Shown here piece by piece: positions 19,306 through 29,205 of a DNA stretch of 64,000 nt. Origin of the DNA: a virus; the IMG/VR virus record IMGVR_UViG_3300044684_000278, positions 1-64,000 of that record, one strand, 5' to 3'. How positions within the stretch are numbered: the stretch's first letter is position 1; each line of letters begins with the position of its first letter. Position numbers and translations under genes: made by a program. The notes below the pieces were generated by a model, which saw nothing but the letters and a program-made list of their open reading frames with translations, was not told the origin of the DNA and made no database searches.

Positions 19306-19598
19306 TACAAGTTGTTCAAATCTTCATTCTGCTGCTGTGCCAGTAAACGATCAATCTCAGCTGCTATAAGGGCACCTGCTATAGCCAGCCGTTCCACCTT
19401 GCTTTCCTTAGCAGAGATCTTGTCATAAAACCACTGCTCCCAGGTAGGCGGATAGTAATACTCGTCTCCTGTGAGTACGAATATGGCCCCCATACGGAGT
19501 TGTTCATACTTGTTATGTTTCAGATCTTCTTCAATGGAGAACTTGTGTTTCTCCAGCTGCTCCGCCCTTTGTTTAGCTATGAATTCTATTCCTGTCAT
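19305..19598 (-). CDS. Conserved phage hypothetical protein
   Basis: RLAIAGALIAAEIDRL motif typical of a small phage family; start re-called. Confidence 0.65.
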   Translation of the reverse strand: MTGIEFIAKQRAEQLEKHKFSIEEDLKHNKYEQLRMGAIFVLTGDEYYYPPTWEQWFYDKISAKESKVERLAIAGALIAAEIDRLLAQQQNEDLNNL

Positions 19599-19599
19599 A

Positions 19600-20145
19600 T
19601 TATTCCTCCAGTATTTTACGTTCTGCTGCTGTATCCCGGTTGATGGCCTTATCTGCATCAAACTTCTCCGGATAACGAAGCCTGAGCTTGTTCACTACTT
19701 TCTGACGGGCCTCCCTCATATCAACACCCAGTTTGGTGGCTGTAGCTTCTATAGAGTAAAGGACTTTGTTAAGTGTCTCGGCACGCTGTTCAGCAGTGAT
19801 GTTTTTCTTCCCGTAAGCCAGTTCCTTCTTGTCATAATCCAGGAGCCTGCCTATATGAATATTCAGATCATCCAGGTAAGCTGTCAGCTGCCTGCGTTCA
19901 TGATAAGGGATCCGGTAGATGTGCTGTAACTCTATACCATAGATTGTAGCATAGTTACAGGCATACCACTGGGCATCTGCCAGCTCCTCGGAGATATTGA
20001 CAAAGTCTTTTTTCTCCATGGCAATGGTCAGTTCCTCCATGATCTCGGTAGCCATACCGGTGGTCATATGCAGTGAGTTTAGTAATAAACTGCCCAGGTC
20101 AGGCATGGTACGTTTTACTTCTTGTTGGTATTCTTTAATATTCAT
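19600..20145 (-). CDS. MazG-like nucleotide pyrophosphohydrolase
   Basis: GMATE...EELADAQWY...NKLRLRYPEKF. Confidence 0.8.
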   Translation of the reverse strand: MNIKEYQQEVKRTMPDLGSLLLNSLHMTTGMATEIMEELTIAMEKKDFVNISEELADAQWYACNYATIYGIELQHIYRIPYHERRQLTAYLDDLNIHIGRLLDYDKKELAYGKKNITAEQRAETLNKVLYSIEATATKLGVDMREARQKVVNKLRLRYPEKFDADKAINRDTAAERKILEE

Positions 20146-20195
20146 CTGGTTAGCTAAAAAGGAGCAGTGGTCATTACACCACTACTCCTGGTTTC

Positions 20196-21065
20196 TTACA
20201 AAAACAACACACCTGCAGTAGGAACGTATTCCACCTCTACCTGGGGTTGTATGACTTCCACTTCCTCTTCTAAAGGTTCCACTACGGGTTCCTCGATAAC
20301 CGGTTCAGGCTCCGGTGTATTGAATACCAGCTGTCCCTTACGGTTCACAGACAGGGAGAACTCCGCGTTAATGAACCGGTGCAGCTTGGAGTGGTCATCC
20401 AGCCAGGTGGTTGGGTGGGACTCTTTCAGGGCTGCAGTGACATGGTTGTACAGACACCATACGCTGTCCGGGTGTGCATTGTAGTTATAAGATGGTTTGT
20501 CCATCTCTCTTTTCACTACGGCCAGCTGTGAGAGGGTAAGGATCTCCAGGTCTGCAAAGAGCTTTCCTATGATGCCTGCCTGCGTGCTCCTGGAGATGGT
20601 GATCTGTTTCATCTTCTCCTTCTGCTCCACCAGCTCATCATAGAAGGCTGCTGCCTGGCTGATCTGTTCTTCAATAAACTGGAAGGCATCATCCTGTGCG
20701 GTACCTGTGTGTTTTCTCACGGCAGTACCCAGGTTACCTTCCATCATTCCGTTGCCACAGACAAAGACAAATGAGCCAATGGCACACTTGAACTTCTGTG
20801 TTTTGTCATATGAGTTGCTCCAGGCAAACATGAGTCCCAGGTCCGGATCAGACTTATAATCCAGGTGATAGATCCCCTGGGCAATCTGTCCGGTAATGGT
20901 GGCTCTGTACATGGATTTATTGATGGTAAATCCTGCCTTCTGCAACTCGGTTGTTACTTTGTTAATAATCTCTCCATGAGATACAACAGAGTACGTACTG
21001 GTCTGTTGAGGGACCGGTACGCTTCTGATCATTTCCTCTGAGGAGAGCTCAATCTTTACAGGCAT
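20196..21065 (-). CDS. DUF932/DUF945-like protein
   Basis: NSYDK...FVCGNG...RKHTG and W.LYN.VT motifs. Confidence 0.7.
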   Translation of the reverse strand: MPVKIELSSEEMIRSVPVPQQTSTYSVVSHGEIINKVTTELQKAGFTINKSMYRATITGQIAQGIYHLDYKSDPDLGLMFAWSNSYDKTQKFKCAIGSFVFVCGNGMMEGNLGTAVRKHTGTAQDDAFQFIEEQISQAAAFYDELVEQKEKMKQITISRSTQAGIIGKLFADLEILTLSQLAVVKREMDKPSYNYNAHPDSVWCLYNHVTAALKESHPTTWLDDHSKLHRFINAEFSLSVNRKGQLVFNTPEPEPVIEEPVVEPLEEEVEVIQPQVEVEYVPTAGVLFL

Positions 21066-21080
21066 AGTTTTATTTGATTG

Positions 21081-23063
21081 TTATTTCTTCCAATAAGTGG
21101 ATAATTCAGGCACAGCACGAAGCGGAACCCTCTTGCAATAAATATCAGCTGCTTTGTTCATGGATTCTTCCACAACCAAGGCTATATCTTTTGAAATGTT
21201 CAGTGGGGATTCAATGACGTGTTCATCATGAATAGTGTTTACAAATTTAACAGTTCCGAACAGGTTATTATCAAGAATATAATCATAGATATAAACAGCT
21301 GCTATTTTTGTTATTTCACTACTGGATCCTTGTATTGGGAAGTTCAGTGACTTCCGTTCTATGTCCCCCTTGTACCTGAAATACTTGCTGACCATCTCCT
21401 TCAGGGCCGGGAAGTCCTGTGTCTTCAGGTCCTTGGCCCTGCGGTATCTTTCCCAGAAGTCCTTATCCATTTTGCTTTCCAGGTCTTTAAACTCCTGGAA
21501 GAACGTGATGTAGCTTTTCCTTCTGGTGATGCCATTGATCAGGATGTAACCATCCTTGAGACCCTGTTTCTTTACCTGCTCGAAGTAGGTCTTCAGACCG
21601 GGGAATGCCTGGAAATAGGCATCGTAGATCTTGTTCCCTTCTTCCAGTGTAATGCCCAGGTTCTCCGCTATGGTAATGCCCTGACCTCCATAGTTGATAG
21701 CAAATCCTGCTGATTTTGCTGATTGTCTTTTTGCTTTGTGCTTGTCTTTGATCTCGTCCAGTGAGAGTCCTTCCAGTTCCGGATACATCTTTGAGGCCAC
21801 GAAGGAGTGCATGTCTGCCAGCCCGTTGTCATAAAACTCCAGGAGGTTCTTATCCATTGCCCGGTTAGCCAGCACAATCTGTTCCTGGCCGCTGTAGTCA
21901 GAGATGATAAGAGTGTTGCCTTCTTCTGCCACAAAGCAGGCCCGTGTCTCCTTATCCGATGGGATGTTCTGGAAGTTGATGTTGGTCTCTCCTGTGGCCT
22001 TATCCTGTCCTCCCGAAGAGATCCTTCCTGTATCCAGGATCTGTTTGAAGCTGGTATGCAGCCTTCCGGTGGCCGGGTTGATCTGGTCTATGAAGTTCTG
22101 TCCATAGGTGGTAACCACCTTCTCTGCTTTCTTATACTCCAGATAGAGCTTCACAATGTCATGTGAGTTCTGATACTTGGAGATTACGGAAGCTTCAATG
22201 GATTTTTTCCTCACACCTTTCTCTACCACGGTCACGTCCAGCCCGATGCTTTCAAACAGCTCGATCACCTGCTGGGAAGAGCTCCAGTTGATGGTACATC
22301 CCACAGGCTCGAACAGGTCCAGCTGTGCAGAGATGAACTTCTGAAGTCCATTGGCGAGCACCCACTCATTGAGCTTGTCCTCGGCCTCCCTTAAACGCTG
22401 GCTGTCCTTATTCATCTTGAACAGCCACTTGTCCACATCCAGCTTGAACCCACAGTATTCTATGTAGGCCAGTACCGGGGTGAAGCGGTTCTCGATGTTC
22501 ATGGCTCCCATCAGGTCATTTTCACGAAGGATCCTTTGCTGCTCCTCCATGATACGCGGGAGATACTTAATATCATCCGCAGCATACATGAGTACACGGT
22601 CAGTGAGTCCTTCTTTTTTGATGTTGGTCCTGATGGATTTATCCAGGCTGACACCGATGTAGCGTTGGGTCAGTACATCCAGGCTTGCCTTGGCCAGCTT
22701 ATCCCCGCAGTTGATTACTTTCTCGGCCACAAACGTGTCCCAGATCCTGCGTGGATAGATTCCGTGTTTGTACAGGTACTTGAGGTCAAACTTGAGGTTC
22801 TGGCCTACAATGATCTTGCTTTCCAGATAAGGCTTTAACCAGCTGAGATCCATTCCTGCTGCACAATCTATAATATACTGGTCCTTATCATTGCCGATCT
22901 GCAGACAGATCAGGTCTTCCCGGTGCGCGTCAAGACCAGTAGTCTCACTGTCCAGGCAGATGGTATCTGTTGAGTTCAGAAAGTCAATGATATTGTGTTT
23001 GTAACAAGGCACTGCTACCTGTGAAGGCACAGTGGTTGTCTGGTTGGAATATAAGAAGATCAT
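21081..23063 (-). CDS. polA: Family A DNA polymerase with 3'-5' exonuclease
   Basis: DSETTG exo I, YAADD exo III, DYSGQE motif A, R..AK...FAINYG motif B, HDE motif C. Confidence 0.95.
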   Translation of the reverse strand: MIFLYSNQTTTVPSQVAVPCYKHNIIDFLNSTDTICLDSETTGLDAHREDLICLQIGNDKDQYIIDCAAGMDLSWLKPYLESKIIVGQNLKFDLKYLYKHGIYPRRIWDTFVAEKVINCGDKLAKASLDVLTQRYIGVSLDKSIRTNIKKEGLTDRVLMYAADDIKYLPRIMEEQQRILRENDLMGAMNIENRFTPVLAYIEYCGFKLDVDKWLFKMNKDSQRLREAEDKLNEWVLANGLQKFISAQLDLFEPVGCTINWSSSQQVIELFESIGLDVTVVEKGVRKKSIEASVISKYQNSHDIVKLYLEYKKAEKVVTTYGQNFIDQINPATGRLHTSFKQILDTGRISSGGQDKATGETNINFQNIPSDKETRACFVAEEGNTLIISDYSGQEQIVLANRAMDKNLLEFYDNGLADMHSFVASKMYPELEGLSLDEIKDKHKAKRQSAKSAGFAINYGGQGITIAENLGITLEEGNKIYDAYFQAFPGLKTYFEQVKKQGLKDGYILINGITRRKSYITFFQEFKDLESKMDKDFWERYRRAKDLKTQDFPALKEMVSKYFRYKGDIERKSLNFPIQGSSSEITKIAAVYIYDYILDNNLFGTVKFVNTIHDEHVIESPLNISKDIALVVEESMNKAADIYCKRVPLRAVPELSTYWKK

Positions 23064-23085
23064 AGTAGGGCGGATTCTTTGGGTA

Positions 23086-23125
23086 AAAAGAAAGGGAGTA
23101 TAATTTAACCTATACCCCCTTCTTT
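23086..23125 (-). terminator. Intrinsic terminator-like hairpin
   Basis: AAGGGAGTATA...TATACCCCCTT with flanking A/T runs. Confidence 0.5.
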
Positions 23126-23147
23126 GTCTTAGGTAGAAATCAAAGTC

Positions 23148-23585
23148 TTAAGCTTCTGCTGGCTCAAGCTCTTCTTGAACCGCACTGTAACCTGTGGTTA
23201 CAACAGGGGCTGTGTAAGCCTGATCCAGGAAAGCCTGATAGTCAAAGCTGCTTTCATCAATGATAGCAAAGTGCTTAATGAAGAACTCAATGTCCTTGCG
23301 GTCACGGATGAAGTATTCATAGTAAGTGTCCACAGTTACACGCTGCTCTTTGTACGGCTTTCTTGTGGGACGTGGTTTTCCTTTTACCTCGTCTATGTCA
23401 CCATTGTCATTGAGACGTGGCAGCATATGAAAGCTTTCCTTTTTTTCTTTGCCTACAATGGCCAGGATCCTTTCTTTGGGATCAAAGATGGCTTCATTAT
23501 AAGGACAGTCCAGTGTAGCGGGGATCAACTTAAAGGTGGGTTGGTCCTTCCATTCGGAAGCAACCAGGATCATGTTCTTGGTCAT
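23148..23585 (-). CDS. Hypothetical protein of the replication block
   Basis: ORF with TCTACA boxes upstream. Confidence 0.7.
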   Translation of the reverse strand: MTKNMILVASEWKDQPTFKLIPATLDCPYNEAIFDPKERILAIVGKEKKESFHMLPRLNDNGDIDEVKGKPRPTRKPYKEQRVTVDTYYEYFIRDRKDIEFFIKHFAIIDESSFDYQAFLDQAYTAPVVTTGYSAVQEELEPAEA

Positions 23586-23614
23586 TGGTGTTATTCTACA
23601 AGTTGTTCTACAAA

Positions 23615-24175
23615 TTAAAATAATTCTCCTGACTTCTCCAAAATTTTTGTAGAAAAAACCAGCTTCTCCTTCTCCGGATTAAAGGCATCACAGAGCTCTC
23701 CTGAGCTGGCTACTATCTCTTTAGGAACTTCCAGCAGTTTGCTATACAGGTCAAAGTACTTTTCAGGGTACAGGTAGGTATCCATGTACTCATATTCTGG
23801 AGATGACTCTCCATAATAGATCTTCACGGCATTTTTGAAGGGCTCCGAGAGCCGGGAATACCGCCCGGTGAGAAAAATATCCCAGTCCTCATCATGTAAC
23901 TCATAGTCAAAGATGTACAGGCTGGGCTCTCCGGGATGGATGTCACAGTCCATGAAAAGGGGATTGCTGTATAGGAGCTTGTTTTCAAATTCTTCATACT
24001 TTGCGGTCTGCTCATGCTGGAACAGGCATACCAGCTTACGGTCCGTAGGCAGGATCTTACCCTCCAATCCAACAAAGGTCTGTATGGGGGCATAGGAAGA
24101 TCGTGGGATCCCCAGTGCCGGATACAGGAAAGAACGTGACTTTTGAAAATACTTTTTATACAGAGTATCAATCAT
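23615..24175 (-). CDS. Hypothetical protein
   Basis: 186-aa ORF in operon. Confidence 0.7.
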   Translation of the reverse strand: MIDTLYKKYFQKSRSFLYPALGIPRSSYAPIQTFVGLEGKILPTDRKLVCLFQHEQTAKYEEFENKLLYSNPLFMDCDIHPGEPSLYIFDYELHDEDWDIFLTGRYSRLSEPFKNAVKIYYGESSPEYEYMDTYLYPEKYFDLYSKLLEVPKEIVASSGELCDAFNPEKEKLVFSTKILEKSGELF

Positions 24176-24189
24176 AAATAATTCAGAGG

Positions 24190-25215
24190 TTATAAGATTA
24201 CCAGTTCCTTGTCAAATTCATAGGGCAGTTCATATCTTTTGGTTTGAAAATGATACTGGGCAACGGGTAATACGTCCTTGGTAAACCGTTCCAGCCATAG
24301 ATTACGTGTAGCCTCTGATACCGGGAAGGGATATACGTTAAAGAACTGGTCTATCACAATGAAGTGAAACTTCAGCTCATATCCCTTCTCCAGCAGCTCA
24401 AGGTACTTGTGTGATACCATGATCATATAGAGTACAGCCTGCAGCCAGTAGTTATAATACTCCACGCTTTCCTTGAAATCCTTGAGGGCCTTTGACGTGG
24501 TCTTGAAGTCATTGATGTAGATAATCTTGTTATCATGGTCAATCTTCAGGTTGTCAATGATTCCCTTGAACCCGAAGGGACAGCCGGATATGTTAGCTTC
24601 CATGTACTCTTCATTGAATACCTCCACGTGGTCAAAATCATCCTGATCCAGACCCAGCAGGTGTACTACCCTGGGATAGGTCTTAACCACATCCACCGCG
24701 TCCTGACAGTATTTTAGGGTCTCATTGTCTATGAGGTCCTTGCCTTCTCTTTTCTTGAGGAACTCCCAGTAGTTGGAAGCTTCTTTGGTGATCACCTTAC
24801 TGAGCTTGTCCTTGTCGGATTTGATCAGCTGGTAGTAGTTCATATCCCTCATTACTTCCAGGATCTCCTGGGAAAAGTCCTCAAACTTCAGTGACGGATC
24901 TGCTTTGTGCATATACCGTGTCTTGAAGTAGACTTTATCCACCAGGGTCTTGCTCATGCCGGAGGGAAGTGTAACCGGGGATACAACAAAGTTCTCTTCA
25001 AAAGATTTGTCATCCAGAAGTAAACAATGGATAAGTCTTCCTTCTATAAGATGCTTGTCCGTCTTGTCTTCCTTGTTGCCCAGCACATAAAGCTGGTAGA
25101 AAACTGCCGGGGAGTACAAGAGCTTACAAAGGCTACTGTAGGAAAAGCGGAATGGTTTACTGTAGAATTCCTCCTCCAGGTAATTAACTGATTCTGCTAA
25201 TAGATCGTCTAACAT
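24190..25215 (-). CDS. PD-(D/E)xK exonuclease (RecB/Cas4-like)
   Basis: FSYSSL, G.LIH, KGIIDNL...INDFKT, Y.LQA.LY. Confidence 0.85.
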   Translation of the reverse strand: MLDDLLAESVNYLEEEFYSKPFRFSYSSLCKLLYSPAVFYQLYVLGNKEDKTDKHLIEGRLIHCLLLDDKSFEENFVVSPVTLPSGMSKTLVDKVYFKTRYMHKADPSLKFEDFSQEILEVMRDMNYYQLIKSDKDKLSKVITKEASNYWEFLKKREGKDLIDNETLKYCQDAVDVVKTYPRVVHLLGLDQDDFDHVEVFNEEYMEANISGCPFGFKGIIDNLKIDHDNKIIYINDFKTTSKALKDFKESVEYYNYWLQAVLYMIMVSHKYLELLEKGYELKFHFIVIDQFFNVYPFPVSEATRNLWLERFTKDVLPVAQYHFQTKRYELPYEFDKELVIL

Positions 25216-25249
25216 ATAATATAGGGTTTGGATGCAGCTCTGTCCGGAC

Positions 25250-25432
25250 TTAGTCCTTGAACCAAATCCGTTCTTCACGGTAAGAGGCTTTTTCCCCTTC
25301 CCGCTGATGGTTAACTGAAATACCTACCTCGTTATGGGTGATAACGGTGGTGATATTCTCTGACTTAATTGTGATAACGTCACCCGGTCCGGTGACAATG
25401 GTGATGTCCTTCTTGCTTTCGGATACATCCAT
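25250..25432 (-). CDS. Small hypothetical protein
   Basis: Fills the operon gap. Confidence 0.5.
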   Translation of the reverse strand: MDVSESKKDITIVTGPGDVITIKSENITTVITHNEVGISVNHQREGEKASYREERIWFKD

Positions 25433-25435
25433 GGT

Positions 25436-25681
25436 TTAGAATTTTTGGTCTTTAAGAAATTTCTTAACCTGCTTCTCTTCTTTACTGAGAGGAAGGGTTA
25501 AGCTTTGAAGGAGTTCATGGGCCTCTCCGTCCTTGAAAATATAGTCCGGTGCGTGTATATCCTTCAGCTTATCACCTGCCTTCAGGTTATCATAATCAAT
25601 AATTACAATATCCATATCTACATTGGTATTTACAGACTGGATTACGCCACCTTGTACGGTGATCATTACTTTTGGCTTCAT
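25436..25681 (-). CDS. Small hypothetical protein
   Basis: ITVQGGVIQ.V...IIDYD pattern. Confidence 0.6.
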   Translation of the reverse strand: MKPKVMITVQGGVIQSVNTNVDMDIVIIDYDNLKAGDKLKDIHAPDYIFKDGEAHELLQSLTLPLSKEEKQVKKFLKDQKF

Positions 25682-25779
25682 TGCTTATTTTGTTTGCCAC
25701 ACTTCTTGCAGCAGCCGCTCCTGGGATCAAAGTTTCTTTCCCGTTTGCAGCTGTTGCAGTACTGGTAAAGGGTTATCAT
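25678..25779 (-). CDS. Tiny zinc-finger-like peptide
   Basis: CNSC...CKKC; ATGA-type coupling on both sides. Confidence 0.45.
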   Translation of the reverse strand: MITLYQYCNSCKRERNFDPRSGCCKKCGKQNKQ

Positions 25780-26081
25780 GCTCTTTTGTACTTGTTCGGG
25801 TCCATTCCCGTGATCCTGGAGAAGGCACTGCTTACGTGCCACTCCGATGGTTTGTAATAGCATTCCAGGAACTTGTCCGGATCCTTTCCGGGCTTGATCA
25901 GCTCATGGGTAATGCCCAGATCCTGCATCAGTTCATCACTGAAGCTGATATGGGACGCATTGAAGTAGAGCCAGGTCATGTACTGTTTCCCGGTACGATG
26001 CTGAAGGATCTGCTCCACTGTCCTCCCGGCATGGTATCCAAACTCAATCCGGGACCTGTACGTTAGTTTTCTGAGTTGCAT
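25776..26081 (-). CDS. DUF3820 / ExoX C-terminal-like protein
   Basis: FGYHAG.TV..I......Y..W pattern. Confidence 0.5.
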   Translation of the reverse strand: MQLRKLTYRSRIEFGYHAGRTVEQILQHRTGKQYMTWLYFNASHISFSDELMQDLGITHELIKPGKDPDKFLECYYKPSEWHVSSAFSRITGMDPNKYKRA

Positions 26082-26091
26082 AGTGAATTGA

Positions 26092-26538
26092 TTAGTTACA
26101 GTTCTCCATATCCCTGGAATAGAATTTCCCAAGGATGTTTCCATTGTAGGAATTAGTCTTTAATACATCATACTTGATCTGATAAGCCAGCTCACAATAC
26201 CCTAAGTACTTCTTACTGCAGCACAGCTCAATGATCTCCCGTTTGAAATGCTTCCTTCCCAGCTTCTCCACATCCTTTTTCAGCTCAATGGAGCTTCCAT
26301 AATACGATTGCCAGTCAGATTCCTTGACCACGGTCTTGAATGTCTTCCGGGTCTTAGTCTCCAGCTTCTCTTTTTTAGAGATCTTCGTCTTACGGGAATG
26401 ATGCAGGCTTTTCTTGCCTATGTAAATGGCTCCAGTCACCAGGTTGGTGATCTTGTATACGAAGCCCACAACATTTTCTTGGTTGGGAAGGTCTTCCAGG
26501 GTACGGATCTCTCTTCCTCTGTATATCCAACTCTCCAT
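26092..26538 (-). CDS. GIY-YIG (Seg-like) endonuclease
   Basis: GFVYKITN..TG.IYIGKK, YYGSS, YN motifs. Confidence 0.8.
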   Translation of the reverse strand: MESWIYRGREIRTLEDLPNQENVVGFVYKITNLVTGAIYIGKKSLHHSRKTKISKKEKLETKTRKTFKTVVKESDWQSYYGSSIELKKDVEKLGRKHFKREIIELCCSKKYLGYCELAYQIKYDVLKTNSYNGNILGKFYSRDMENCN

Positions 26539-26552
26539 TATGTATTCCTAAT

Positions 26553-26579
26553 TCTACAAATATAGAGCTAACCTCTACA
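26553..26579 (-). promoter_or_regulatory. Bacteroidota -7 promoter element TATATTTG with two TCTACA boxes
   Basis: Minus strand TATATTTGTAGAA just upstream of the ATG at 26538. Confidence 0.55.
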
Positions 26580-27558
26580 AATCACAAATCTTATTGTCTA
26601 TTAAAGGCACCAGCCGTTCCTGTACCGTCCTGGGACCATGATCCCTGGTGGCATCTGCCGGATCCTTGGAAAGGGTCAGCAGGATAGCAGGGGTCTTGTA
26701 CTCCTCCCGGTACTTTTTCATGGCCTTGATGCCCGCTTCGTCATTATCAAACAACACCAGGACACGCTTGTACTGTTTTTTCCACTTGTCCATAAGCTCT
26801 TTGGGGATCATGGTATTCTCACTGTCAGGAGCCACCAGGTCAATCCTCAAATTGAGGCTCTTAATGGCCATCAGGTCCTTGAGGGAAGAGGTGATCAGCA
26901 AATAGTCCTTACCACTGAGCTGGTCAGAGCCCTGGATATAGCTTTTTACTTTGATGAACTTCCTGTCCCGGACCTTGGGCTGATAGATCTTATAGAGTTC
27001 CCCGGTCTTGGTGAAGTATCCATAAAGATGAGAGCCGGTAATGTTGATGCATTTCTGCTGTCCCTGCTCTTCTTTACTCATTACATAGCTTTCCAGGGGA
27101 CGTACACAGTAATGTTCCAACATCCGGGATCCAATGTTGAACTGGGTCCAGAACTTCTGGTCATCTGAGTTCCATCCTCTGAGCTTGAATGCGGTTACCT
27201 TGTACCTGGAGTGTTCCCGGAACTCTTCCACATCATACCCTCCCTTATTATGCAGGGTATAATCATTATAATCCTCCACGATCCTGCGTGCCGCACGCTT
27301 GAAGTCCAGCTGGTGTTTGATCTGGACCAGGTCTACAGCATCCCCTTTGGTTCCCGTGGAGAAATCATTGAACATGTATTTCCCCTTGGTCTTGCTCCAG
27401 AAGATATGAAAGCTTGGAGTCTTGTCATCCGGATTGAACGGAGAATGGATCATCAGATCCTGGCCCTTCAGCTTCTCCGGGAGCCTGCAATAGTGTTCAA
27501 AGATCCATGTAGGAGGTACTTCTTTATAGTCATTGACAAGGTGTTTGGTGGATAGCAT
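26575..27558 (-). CDS. dnaG: DNA primase (DnaG-like, TOPRIM)
   Basis: SPF..DDKTPSF N-terminal region; FDNDEAG and KDPAD TOPRIM motifs. Confidence 0.85.
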   Translation of the reverse strand: MLSTKHLVNDYKEVPPTWIFEHYCRLPEKLKGQDLMIHSPFNPDDKTPSFHIFWSKTKGKYMFNDFSTGTKGDAVDLVQIKHQLDFKRAARRIVEDYNDYTLHNKGGYDVEEFREHSRYKVTAFKLRGWNSDDQKFWTQFNIGSRMLEHYCVRPLESYVMSKEEQGQQKCINITGSHLYGYFTKTGELYKIYQPKVRDRKFIKVKSYIQGSDQLSGKDYLLITSSLKDLMAIKSLNLRIDLVAPDSENTMIPKELMDKWKKQYKRVLVLFDNDEAGIKAMKKYREEYKTPAILLTLSKDPADATRDHGPRTVQERLVPLIDNKICDL

Positions 27559-27579
27559 ACGTACACGTTTGGTCTCTAC

Positions 27580-27623
27580 AAAAAGGGGGGAGCAGCTGCC
27601 ACGCCTACTCCCCCTTTCTTTTT
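27580..27623 (-). terminator. Intrinsic terminator
   Basis: AAAGGGGGGAG...CTCCCCCTTT hairpin. Confidence 0.6.
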
Positions 27624-27636
27624 ACCTGTTCAGGAA

Positions 27637-28308
27637 TTAGAGTTTGAACTCATCTTCCAGGACAGTGGTTGACTCTTGGGTTGGCTCAAAGGAATCCAAA
27701 GGCTTGGCAGCCGTTTTGCCTACGATGTGAATATTCGGATCAAAAGACATCAGCTTGCTTTTAGCCGGGTCTACGGTCTGTGGCTCGAAAGCATACTTAC
27801 CGTCTTTGGATGCTGGGAAGAACAGGTTATACTGTTTGTAACCATTCTTCTCATACTCTTTGCCTGCAATCACTGCATTGATATAAGTGTCCCCACTTAA
27901 TACATGGGAAGCCTCTGCTACGAACTCCTCAATGGTGTCAGCCTCGATCTGATCCAGCTGCTCCTTTCTTCCCAGGGCAACTGCCAGGGCGGAAAGAGCT
28001 TTCAGGATGTCCTGATCCCGGTTCTTTTTATAACCGGTCTTGGTAACACCATCTTTGTAAGCAAACTGGCTCATTTGCACACGACCAATCTGGCCACGGA
28101 AGCGGGGCCCGGTTGGATCATTGCGGTCAATGAGGAAGCCTTCAAAGTCGTCACCCAGGTCAGGACCTTCCACGGAAAGGTTAACATGATAAGAATCCGC
28201 TTCATATCCCTTACCAAGAGAGATTTCAAGGATTTTGATTTCATGCTTTCCTGGGTTTAAGCCTTTTGGAATTCTTGCAGATTCTGAGATGTTCTTTGTA
28301 CTTAACAT
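27637..28308 (-). CDS. Putative ssDNA-binding protein
   Basis: Sits between primase and the Sak4-like ATPase; acidic/aromatic C-terminus (LEDEFKL). Confidence 0.55.
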   Translation of the reverse strand: MLSTKNISESARIPKGLNPGKHEIKILEISLGKGYEADSYHVNLSVEGPDLGDDFEGFLIDRNDPTGPRFRGQIGRVQMSQFAYKDGVTKTGYKKNRDQDILKALSALAVALGRKEQLDQIEADTIEEFVAEASHVLSGDTYINAVIAGKEYEKNGYKQYNLFFPASKDGKYAFEPQTVDPAKSKLMSFDPNIHIVGKTAAKPLDSFEPTQESTTVLEDEFKL

Positions 28309-28364
28309 AAATGGTTTGAATTAATGAATAGTGTGTATTGGATGAATGAATTAAGCTTTGGTAA

Positions 28365-29183
28365 TTAGTCAATGTAGATTTTCTCCCAGTAGGTTACCAG
28401 CATACCATCTACTTCTTCTGACAGGGTGATCTCCTGGCCCCTTAAATGGTCCGGACGGGCACCACAGTTTACCTCGTCTGAGGTCTTGAATGAAAGCACG
28501 GTCTTCTTTCCCTTGCGTGCCAGGTAGCCAATGGCATCTGCTTTTGATGATGCTATACGCTTGATCTTACCGGTCAGGTCAATGTCTGCCGTGGTGAACG
28601 TGGTATCGTTCTTATCCAGGTAAATGTCCTTGATGTGGCCACTGAGGATCATTCTGGGAGCAAAGGTTTGGATGTAGTCCGTCACCTTCTCAAAGGCAAT
28701 GCGTAACCAGCGGTAACCCAGACCTTCCGGCAGGGATAAAAGATCTCCGTATTTCTGTTTTCCGGATTCCTCTCCCGGTTTACCTACGAACCAGTACTTA
28801 CCGATAGCTGTTTTGCTGTACAGCTCCTCTGCATAGGCCACGCAAAGGTCCTCCAGGGCAGTAGACGTATCAACGGCTACATAGTCATAAGGATTCCCGG
28901 CATCTTTAATGGCCTTTCCGATCTCCACCAGGTAGTATTTGTTCTGGGCATAACGCTTGGTCTTTTGCTCGTCTGTCTCCTTGGGAGGGTTGATGCCAAT
29001 GATCTTCACCTTTAAGGCATCTACATAGTCAGATCCGTCCTCAAAATCCAGGATCAGGCAGTTGGGAAGCTTACTGAGTAGAGTAGTCTTTCCCACCTTT
29101 GGTTTGGAGAACATGATCAGCCTTTTTGGAGACTTGATCTCGGACATGATTACGGTTGTAGGTAATGCAATAGTTGGAGTCAT
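28365..29183 (-). CDS. AAA_24 / Sak4-like ATPase
   Basis: SKPKVGKT Walker A, LDFEDG, VAVDT, LSGH. Confidence 0.8.
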   Translation of the reverse strand: MTPTIALPTTVIMSEIKSPKRLIMFSKPKVGKTTLLSKLPNCLILDFEDGSDYVDALKVKIIGINPPKETDEQKTKRYAQNKYYLVEIGKAIKDAGNPYDYVAVDTSTALEDLCVAYAEELYSKTAIGKYWFVGKPGEESGKQKYGDLLSLPEGLGYRWLRIAFEKVTDYIQTFAPRMILSGHIKDIYLDKNDTTFTTADIDLTGKIKRIASSKADAIGYLARKGKKTVLSFKTSDEVNCGARPDHLRGQEITLSEEVDGMLVTYWEKIYID

Positions 29184-29205
29184 ATAATTTAATAATTTTT
29201 ACTGA

